A DNA stretch of 64,000 nucleotides from Chrysomallon squamiferum (lineage: Eukaryota > Animalia > Mollusca): contig CM022672.1 in NCBI GenBank assembly GCA_012295275.1, positions 6,820,001 to 6,884,000 on the forward strand. Reading direction: 5' to 3'. The notes below the pieces were generated by a model. The model ran no database searches and had not been told where the DNA came from. It saw only the letters and a program-made list of their open reading frames with translations. Below are positions 1-9,500 of the stretch, in pieces (position 1 is the first letter of the stretch; every line of letters begins with the position of its first letter). Made by a program: the position numbers and the translations under genes.

Positions 1-182
1 ACTACTTCTCTTTGACGTTCTTCTTGCATTTGATTGTCTTTTTGTATCCATAGATCTCATTTCATCATTTATTGTTCCAATATTTTTTGAATCATAATTT
101 GTTTTTCCAAATATGTCCATCAAGGTTTTAGTCATAAAATATGGTCTTTGTTCACTTCCATCATTGTTTTCTTTATCTTCCA
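1..182 (-). CDS. SLC44A2: SLC44/CTL C-terminal exon (runs off the window): LEDKENNDGSEQRPYFMTKTLMDIFGKTNYDSKNIGTINDEMRSMDTKRQSNARRTSKRSS
   Basis: Acceptor aatttcAG (184-183); LEDxExNDGSxxRPYFM family motif; no stop before position 1. Confidence 0.9.
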
Positions 183-2920
183 CTGAAATTTATATTAGAA
201 AAGATAAAATACAAGTTTCGTTGTTGCAATAAATATAAAAGATAAAATGAGCCGATTATTATAATGGATATGACTTAAGGTTAAATTAATATAAATGTAA
301 AATCTTGATGTTCTGTTATCTTAAAAATATCTACTTTTGCTAAATTAATTTTTGTCAAAATAAATTTTCAATTATTTACTCACAGAAAGACATATACATG
401 GTGCATACTGCCATACCATAGACTTCGAAGAAAGTAGATGCTATCAAAAATGTTATTAGTGTCAAAATCTGAATTGAATTAAAAAAGAAATAGTTAGCTT
501 TTAATTTCTGGTATGACTGAACAAAACATAATTTTTTCACAGTAACATCAAGGTACTTTTCTTAATTCATCTACTAAACATCTTGTGTTGTCTTTTTGCT
601 TTATGAAAATGTTACTTCTCCTTGCTACCAACAAACAAATGGCAAATAGCTGTTTGTCTGTTACAGTTTTTGACTTGAAAAATGCAGATTTATTCTTAAC
701 CAGAACTGCTATGTTTGGCAAAGAGATGGCTGCCTTAAGGTATGGACACTGAGCAGCTGCCCCATGGGTGTTAGAGTCCATGTAAGGCACATGTTAATTG
801 TCCATTACAAAGGGTCCCAGTGTGTTGCTTTGACCTGGGACCTACAATGCTGTTAAGATGGCCCTGGACAAAGAAACATCTATAAATTAAAAATATTTTG
901 TTTCAATATTCCATACTGAGGTGTTATTTTGTATATTAAAAATGATTAAAACTGCAGTCTTAAAATATTAAAATATTCATAAAGTATGGAATTTAGACTT
1001 TTGGCATCAACAGGTATCCCTTTACCAATATTAGTCTGTTAATTTGAAGGTCTACCAAATATCCCTTCAAACTGAATTTACATTGTCAAAAGCTGTTGAT
1101 AACTGTAACAAAATTTGATAATACTTTGTTGGGTTTTTAACAGACGTTCATCAACCATTTGTTCTTGTTATTATTTCCTAATATATATATTAAGCTTACT
1201 GTTTTATTTGTATGCAGTTACACATATACACAGGCATAAATACACACACGCACAACTTAACAAAACTTAACTGTGACAAAAATGACCTTGGAAATAACAC
1301 TTACTAAAACTGGCACCAGATAACTATTTAATTCAGGAACATAATTTTTAAACATGGCCAGTTCTCCTTGAAAAAACAGTGATGAGATCATAACTGCAAT
1401 ACAATCAAAAAAGACATTCCATTATTAAATGATTTACTATTGGGAAAAAACTTTTTAAAAATCTATTCATACACAAACATAACAATAATAATAAATGAAA
1501 AACTGATGATTCCTTAGATGAATTATAAGATTAAAATTTTATTCAAAAATTTATCGTTTCTAAAACCAGCTTACTTCATTTGGAAATACATCACTGAACA
1601 ATTCTGAAAAACTCCCAGAAATGCTTCAATAGTTATTTTTTAAATTTCAAATAAAATGGTAAACGGATACCTGTGAAATGTTCATATACAGAATTTTGTG
1701 AGTTTATAAATGTATTTTGATTAAAAAATTGAGGATTTAGTGAATTAAATGTAATGTAAACATATTAAGAAAAAAAATACAAAAACAAAAAAAATACAGC
1801 TACAACAAAAAATAAATAAATGTTATAAATAAATAAATAAATGTAATGAAAAAAAATAAAATAAAAATAAAATAAAAGGCATAATTAGGCAATATTTTTT
1901 CCTGTGAAGACATTATATATATATATAAAAACATATACTAAGGTTAAATTTAACAATGTTTTCTTTAGATAGCCAACACCAATATAATAATTTACAGGAT
2001 CTGTTTGAAACTAACTTACAGACAATTATGACTAGTACAAGCTTGCATGAAAAAAGAATAATATCTGCAGTTTGGTCTAAAATCACTGTGCTGGAAATAA
2101 AAGTAATACAGATATTAATAGAATGAATTAAATAACACACAACATACGTATTACATGGAACATAATTAATCAAATGTTTGGTGTATTTTGTTCTGTATTT
2201 TGCCTATTAGATACTGTACATCTGTTAAATATATATAGATTAATGCACACATCAGTGTATGATAACTATGTTATTGTAAGTGCATATACACTTCTATATG
2301 AATGTCAGTTTATGTTTCAATAAATAATTTAAATATTTTGAATGTGTAGAAGAAGAAAACAAAACAGGTATACATCTCATAAGAGATAAATCAAACTGCA
2401 TGTATTTAAAATAGCACTGATCTCTTCTGACACACCAAACATTGTAACAAATACCTCAGCAAATTATCTGTTAGAAGAATAAATGCTGCACGAGCAGCAA
2501 AGCAGAAGTTTTGTCCGCGAACAGCGATCTGAAAAAGAAAAGAAAAAAGGACTTGTTCTTATTTATAATAAAATTAAATGTAACAATTAATTAAAACTAA
2601 GAAGAAAGGTTTGGAGTTAGGGGGATTTGTTACTAGACTGAATCATATTTTAAAATTAAAAATACAAAAACAGTATGTGCATTATGCAGATAAAATTCAT
2701 GTGTGTATTTCAAAAACAGCTTTGCAGTATAAGACACAGGTTGAATGAAATGAATGATGAAAAATGAACAGTTCTATTTTAACATTTGTAAATGTGTGTA
2801 TTTTCTTTCTAAAACAATAAATGATTGATTTGTTTTGTATTCCTAACATTTCCTTTTTTATGTCAGCTTTTTTAAAGGGTTTCAGTTGATTTATTTATTT
2901 ATTTTTAATACTATCATTAC

Positions 2921-2951
<31 letters not shown>

Positions 2952-4169
2952 TTATTTTTTTATAATTATTTTTTTTTATTATAATAATATTAAAACTTAC
3001 CATAATGTAAGCATTTTTCGTCAAAAATCTCACAAATTTCTCAAAACACCAAAAAATACATCTAACACATCTGAAAGAAAGATGGAAAAAATTAAGATAT
3101 ATAATGATAAATCATTAAAATAAAATATCACCTGGATTTTTAATAACAATAAAATAAAATAATAAATAAATAAAAAATAAAAATGAGCCCCACTCAAAAC
3201 CAGCCTTAACTCCCTCCAAAAAAGAACTCTTTTGTCAAAATACAGATTTCAGTTTGAAAACTTAATATAATTAAAATATAAAGCAGTTCATAATAAATAC
3301 CACAAGGAGTATACACTTTATACTGTTTCACTACTGTCATTATAATCAGACATAAAATGTAAAGGAATCCATAACATAAACACTACTACGAATAACCATA
3401 TTAGTTTACTGCTATAGTCTGTTTGGAAATTATACATAATTAAAGTACAAAATAACTTGTAACACATAAACACTGAAGAGTGTATGTATTATTTTAATAT
3501 TATAATTATAGTTAGTTTGTAAACTCAATTTAATTAAGATATAAAGCAATTTGTAACATACACCACTAAGAATAAAGATATTAATTTACTGATATAATTA
3601 CTGTTAGTTTGGAAACACAATTTAATTAAAATACAACAGTTTCCAACCTGTTCACCAGGAAGAATAAACATATAACAGACACCATTAAGAATTAAAGATA
3701 TTACTTTACTGATATTATATTTGTCAGTTTGGAAATTCAGTTTAAATAAAATATAAATAAAAAGTTTGTAACATATAGACCACCAAGAATAAATGTATTA
3801 ATTTAGTGTTATAATTATGTGGAAACAAAGTATAATTGTGTTATTAAAGCTATGAGCTACTTCTAAATTTTGTTTCCACTTTAACTGATATTTTTTAATA
3901 GAAACTGCAAGTGCAAAATAAATAAACTAATAATTCGTAGTAAAATTAAAAAATAATATATATATATAACACTTAAATATCCGTAAAAATATTCAAAGAT
4001 CTAATTTTCAATCCTTTTATAGTTAATTTCAAAACTGCTCTTTTTTATGTTTAAAACAATATAATTATTACTGAAATTGATTTACTTCCTTACTTACTCA
4101 TTTATTCATTATTACAATTCCTATTACTATTATTAGCAGTAGTAGAAGAAGTAGTAGTAGTTGTAATAA

Positions 4170-4208
<39 letters not shown>

Positions 4209-5342
4209 CAGTAATAGCAGCAGCAGTAGCTGAAGTAGCAGTTTTATCATGATTATTATCATTATATTTTGTCTATATATTCAACTTACATCTTAATAAA
4301 TTCTGCAGCCTTGTTGTCAGCTGAATCCAGTTGGTTTTGTATATATTCAATCAAAATACGGATGATCTGAACTAGTGAAAGTATTATGGAGCCAAGTGCC
4401 AATGATCCTAAATGATATCTACAACAACAACAACATTATAATAATAATAAAATAAATAAAAATAAAAAGGTTTCTTGTGGTTTAATCAAATACAAAAATA
4501 TACACTTCAAACACAAAAAAAAAAAAAAAAAAAATTTGGTTAATGAGTTATTTTTAAATTTATTTTAAAAATCTGATGATTATAATTAACTCAAAGAAGA
4601 AATTTAACAGAGCTTAGGAATGCACACACATATATATATAAAAATTTTTTATATGTTTTAAATACTTCATATTCTCATTTGGACAGCTTAATAAACATCT
4701 TAAATGTACAAAGCAAGGTTTTTTTATGCAAGATAAAAAGAGCCACCCCAAAAACAAATGTGCTGAACTTTAGCATTTCATATTTCAAAAACCACGTTTT
4801 GAAAGTTCTAAAATTTTACATGATTAAATATGTGGATATTTTCTTCTAATGGCCACAGTCTCAATGCAAGAATGTCATTTCCAGAATGTAAGAATATCTA
4901 TCATCTTACCATTAGTGTCCTTGAACAAAATCATGAACAACAGATCCATTTTCTTCTTTTTCTTCCTCTTTTATTTCCACCCCACCTACCCACCCACCCA
5001 ACCTGATGTAAATGCATAATTTTCACCTTTATAATGATTTACACAGTGGCTGGTAATATGGATTATACCAGTAACATACTAATTCACTTTTTCGTTAATA
5101 AAATATCTTTTCACATAAAATATGATCGATTATAGTGTTTTTTTTAAAATAAAATGTCAGTTTACCGAACAGCCCGCCATACAGAAACCCAAAGAGGACA
5201 GTTTGGAATATCTCTAGGTTTCACCAGAGCCCAGTAGTATGAAGCAAAAGCTCCTGCCAACACAAACTTTTCAAAAGCAATAATGAAATTGATGACCCAG
5301 AATAACATAAATATCAAATACAACTCCATGTACTTTTTATAC
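1..5342 (-). CDS. SLC44A2: Choline transporter-like protein (SLC44/CTL family, SLC44A2/4/5 clade), 3' half of a multi-exon gene; 8 exons visible, open at both ends
   Basis: Manual splicing of exons 5342-5166, 4418-4290, 3070-3001, 2528-2455, 2090-2020, 1393-1305, 468-384 and 182-1 gives one stop-free frame containing family motifs LAGAFASYYWA, RYHLGSLALGS, FLTKNAYIM, GQNFC and FLEDKENNDGSEQRPYFM. All junctions are GT-AG with compatible phases. Exact paralog assignment is uncertain. Confidence 0.93.
384..468 (-). CDS. SLC44A2: SLC44/CTL exon: ILTLITFLIASTFFEVYGMAVCTMYMSF
   Basis: Acceptor aattcAG, donor GTgagt; LIAxxFFxVYxMAV motif. Confidence 0.9.
725..866. mobile_element. Short non-autonomous hAT-type MITE in an SLC44 intron
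   Basis: GC-richer 142-bp island. Ends gatggctgccttaa and ttaagatggccctg (revcomp cagggccatcttaa) form an imperfect 14-bp TIR; 8-bp flanks ggcaaaga (717-724) and gacaaaga (867-874) match 7/8, the TSD length typical of hAT elements. Confidence 0.7.
1305..1393 (-). CDS. SLC44A2: SLC44/CTL exon: FMISSLFFQGELAMFKNYVPELNSYLVPVL
   Basis: Acceptor attgcAG, donor GTaagt; PxLNxYxVP motif. Confidence 0.88.
2020..2090 (-). CDS. SLC44A2: SLC44/CTL exon: TVILDQTADIILFSCKLVLVIIV
   Basis: Acceptor tatttccAG, donor GTaagt; lies inside ORF 1913..2173; resembles the VxVLDxVTDFLxFxGKL segment of the family. Confidence 0.88.
2455..2528 (-). CDS. SLC44A2: SLC44/CTL exon: IAVRGQNFCFAARAAFILLTDNLL
   Basis: Acceptor ctttttcAG, donor GTattt; matches the IAxxGxNFCxxAxxAFxLL motif. 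Confidence 0.9.
3001..3070 (-). CDS. SLC44A2: SLC44/CTL exon: CVRCIFWCFEKFVRFLTKNAYIM
   Basis: Acceptor ttctttcAG, donor GTaagt; matches the CxxCxFWCxEKFxxFLxxNAYIM family motif. Confidence 0.93.
3245..3835. repeat. Degenerate ~92-bp intronic tandem repeat, about 5-6 copies
   Basis: Anchor gtttg(g/t)aaa recurs near 3422, 3516, 3607 and 3727, with a weaker gtggaaa near 3819, along with recurring ccac.aagaataaa...atta.tttactgat blocks. Confidence 0.65.
4138..4240. repeat. (TAG)n/(CAG)n compound microsatellite
   Basis: Visible agtagtagt run grading into agcagc. Confidence 0.9.
4290..4418 (-). CDS. SLC44A2: SLC44/CTL exon: YHLGSLALGSIILSLVQIIRILIEYIQNQLDSADNKAAEFIK
   Basis: Acceptor ttgtAG, donor GTaagt; YHxGSLAxG family motif; phase fits both neighbours. 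Confidence 0.93.
5166..5342 (-). CDS. SLC44A2: SLC44/CTL exon: YKKYMELYLIFMLFWVINFIIAFEKFVLAGAFASYYWALVKPRDIPNCPLWVSVWRAVR
   Basis: Acceptor gtttacAG (5344-5343), donor GTaaa (5165-5164); overlaps ORF 5162..5434; conserved LAGAFASYYWA motif. Confidence 0.93.
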
Positions 5343-6392
5343 CTGTAAACAGAGCAGTCAGTAAATAAATAAATAAGTAAGTAAATAAGTAATAAGTAAA
5401 TAAATAAATAAACAGATGATTTGTACATGTACACATGGTTGTTTGAATTAAATGAAGACTTATGCAGCTGTAATTATAATTCATTTTCTAACCTAAATGA
5501 AACCAGAATGTTAACTCAGTTACTTCAAAATTGTTGGTTTGGATTATTAATTATAATAATTAAATAACTAAATTTTAAAAATCAAAATAAAAATAAAACT
5601 AAATAAAAAAAATAATAAGTATATTAATAATAATAATAATAATAATAATCATAATCATAATAATCATAATTTAATTAATTAATAAAGGAAACTAAAATAA
5701 TTCAAAATTCTAAAATACCCCAAATCCTCAGAAACAGAAGATAAAATGTTCAGATATTCTTAAATGTCACTGATTTTAAAATGCTTATGGATTAATCTAA
5801 ATTAAATAAACTCCAATAACCATTTAGATATTTTATGGCTGTACATAATTAAGAAAAACATGAAATCAATTATGTTGTAAAACTAAGGTCATAGATATTC
5901 TTAATGAAATAATAACTAAATCATTATACTAAATGCAGTAATCCAATAGAAATAAGCACTAATGATAAAATTATACCTGATAATTAAATGTAATTTTAAA
6001 AATGAGGAATTATTGTTTAATTTTAATAATTTTCAAAAGATGATCACATGCTGTTTGATTAGAATTATAAATTTATTTACTCATGACCTCCATTTGGCAA
6101 AAGGCAATATATTTTGTTACTTTCTGATGTGCCCTTATGAAAACAAAGAGATAAAGAAAAAGAAAAATTAATAGAAACTTTTCACTCACACATATATCCG
6201 TAGTTTTTGTATATGTATATTTGAGTGTGTGTGTGTGTATGTGTGTGTGTAAGGTGTGTGTCAGTTTGTGTCATTTTTAAAACACACACGTGACAACATT
6301 AGCTGATTTATAATGAATAAAAATGCCAATTAAATTACTCACTCTAGAAAATCATGTTTGTTTGATAATCAACAGAGAATGGATTTTATTAA

Positions 6393-6592
6393 NNNNNNNN
6401 NNNNNNNNNNNNNNNNNNNNNNNNNNNNNNNNNNNNNNNNNNNNNNNNNNNNNNNNNNNNNNNNNNNNNNNNNNNNNNNNNNNNNNNNNNNNNNNNNNNN
6501 NNNNNNNNNNNNNNNNNNNNNNNNNNNNNNNNNNNNNNNNNNNNNNNNNNNNNNNNNNNNNNNNNNNNNNNNNNNNNNNNNNNNNNNNNNNN
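6393..6592. other. Assembly gap (200 N)
   Basis: Exactly 200 N; a round number suggests a placeholder of unknown true size. Confidence 0.99.
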
Positions 6593-9500
6593 GGAAAAAT
6601 CGGGCGCACATACAAAAGTGGGGCAAGGGTTGCCCTACACGGGTGAAAAGTGCCGCACGCCCCAATCTAAGGGGAACAACTCGTTTCCGACACGTGCACA
6701 AAAAACGCACATATTTTTGAAAATTTGCTCGTTTTTTTTCAAACGCATTTTCAAAAGGTGCAGCACCATTGGCAAATGTTGGAAACGCTTTTGCCACACT
6801 CGCCCCGACGGCGCGCACCTTTTGCACACGTTGAAATATTTTTCCCGACCGCACGGAATAGTGCCACACGGATTTTCAACTTTTGAAAATCGAATTTTTT
6901 CAAGTTTCGTTGAAAATGCTAGGGGTACCTTTTTCAAAGTGCAATAACTTTTTCTGTGCACGTGGGAAAAATCGGGCGCACATACCCAAAAGTGGGGGGC
7001 AGGGTTGCCCTACACGGGTGAAAAGTGCCGCACGCCCCACCTAAGGGGAACAACAACTGTTTCCGACACGTGCACAAAAAACGCACATATTTTTGAAAAT
7101 TTGCTCGTTTTTTTTTTTCAAACGCATTTTCAAAAGGTGCAGCACCATTGGCAAATGTTGGAAACGCTTTTGCCACACTCGCCCCCCCCGGCGCGCACCT
7201 TTGCACACGTTGAAATATTTTTCCCGACCGCACGGAATAGTGCCACACGGATTTTCAACTTTTGAAAATCGAATTTTTTCAAGTTTCGTTGAAAATGCTA
7301 GGGGTACCTTTTTTTTCAAGTGCAATAACTTTTTCTGTGCACGTGGGAAAAAAAATCGGCGCACATACCCAAAAGTGGGGCAAGGGTTGCCCCACACGGG
7401 TGAAAAAAAGTGCCGCACGCCCCACCCAAGGGGAACAACTCGTTTCCGACACGTGCACAAAAAAAACATATTTTTTTTTGAATTTTGCTCGTTTTTTTTT
7501 TTTCACGCATTTTCAAAAGGTGCAGCACCATTGGCAAATGTTGGAAACGCTTTTGCCACACTCGCCCCGACGGCGCGCACCTTTGCACACGTTGAAATAT
7601 TTTTCCCGACCGCACGGAATAGTGCCACACGGATTTTCAACTTTGAAAATCGAATTTTTCAAGTTTCGTTGAAAATGCTAGGGTACCTTTTTCAAAGTGC
7701 AATAACTTTTTCTGCACACGAAAAAAATCGGGCGCACATACCCAAAAAAGTGGGGCAAGGGTTGCCCTACACGGGTGAAAAGTGCCGCACGCCCCACCCA
7801 AGGGGAACAACTCGTTTCCGACACGTGCACAAAAAACGCACATATTTTTGAAAATTTGCTCGTTTTTTTTTCAAACGCATTTTCAAAAGGTGCAGCACCA
7901 TTGGCAAATGTTGGAAACGCTTTTGCCACACTCGCCCCGACGGCGCGCACCTTTGCACACGTTGAAATATTTTTCCCGACCGCACGGAATAGTGCCACAC
8001 GGATTTTCAACTTTTGAAAATCGAATTTTTTCAAGTTTCGTTGAAAATGCTAGGGGTACCTTTTTCAAAGTGCAATAACTTTTTCTGTGCACGTGGGAAA
8101 AATCGGGCGCACATACCCAAAAGTGGGGCAAGGGTTGCCCTACACGGGTGAAAAGTGCCGCACGCCCCACCCAAGGGGAACAACTCGTTTCCGACACGTG
8201 CACAAAAAACGCACATATTTTTGAAAATTTGCTCGTTTTTTTTCAAACGCATTTTCAAAAGGTGCAGCACCATTGGCAAATGTTGGAAACGCTTTTGCCA
8301 CACTCGCCCCGACGGCGCGCACCTTTTGCACACGTTGAAATATTTTTCCCGACCGCACGGAATAGTGCCACACGGATTTTCAACTTTTGAAAATCGAATT
8401 TTTTCAAGTTTCGTTGAAAATGCTAGGGGTACCTTTTTCAAAGTGCAATAACTTTTTCTGTGCACGTGGAAAAATCGGGCGCACATACCCAAAAGTGGGG
8501 GCAAGGGTTGCCCTACACGGGTGAAAAGTGCCGCACGCCCCACCCAAGGGGAACAACTCGTTTCCGACACGTGCACAAAAACGCACATATTTTTTTTGAA
8601 AATTTGCTCGTTTTTTTTTTTTCAACGCATTTTCAAAAGGTGCAGCACCATTGGCAAATGTTGGAAACGCTTTTGCCACACTCGCCCCCCCCGGCGCGCA
8701 CCTTTTGCACACGTTGAAATATTTTTCCCGACCGCACGGAATAGTGCCACACGGATTTTCAACTTTTGAAAATCGAATTTTTTCAAGTTTCGTTGAAAAT
8801 GCTAGGGGTACCTTTTTTCAAAGAAAATGCAATAACTTTTCAATAACTTTTCTGTGCACGTGGGAAAAATCGGGCGCACATACCCAAAAGTGGGGCAAGG
8901 GTTGCCCTACACGGGTGAAAAGTGCCGCACGCCCCACCCAAGGGGAACAACTCGTTTCCGACACGTGCACAAAAAACGCACATATTTTTGAAAATTGCTC
9001 GTTTTTTTTTCAAACGCATTTTCAAAAGGTGCAGCACCATTGGCAAATGTTGGAAACGCTTTTGCCACACTCGCCCCGACGGCGCGCACCTTTTGCACAC
9101 GTTGAAATATTTTTCCCGACCGCACGGAATAGTGCCACACGGATTTTCAACTTTTGAAAATCGAATTTTTTCAAGTTTCGTTGAAAATGCTAGGGGTACC
9201 TTTTTCAAAGTGCAATAACTTTTTCTGTGCACGTGGGAAAAATCGGGCGCACATACCCAAAAAGTGGGGGGGGTTGCCCCACACGGGTGAAAAGTGCCGC
9301 ACGCCCCACCCCCAAAGGGGGGAACAACTCGTTTCCGACACGTGCACAAAAAAACATATTTTTTTGAAAATTTGCTCGTTTTTTTCAAACGCATTTTCAA
9401 AAGGTGCAGCACCATTGGCAAATGTTGGAAACGCTTTTGCCACACTCGCCCCGACGGCGCGCACCTTTTGCACACGTTGAAATATTTTTCCCGACCGCAC

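Noticed and set aside
548-790. 80-aa minus-strand ORF inside the SLC44 locus
   Set aside because: It lies in an intron, overlaps the MITE, and is not needed for the continuous SLC44 reading frame.
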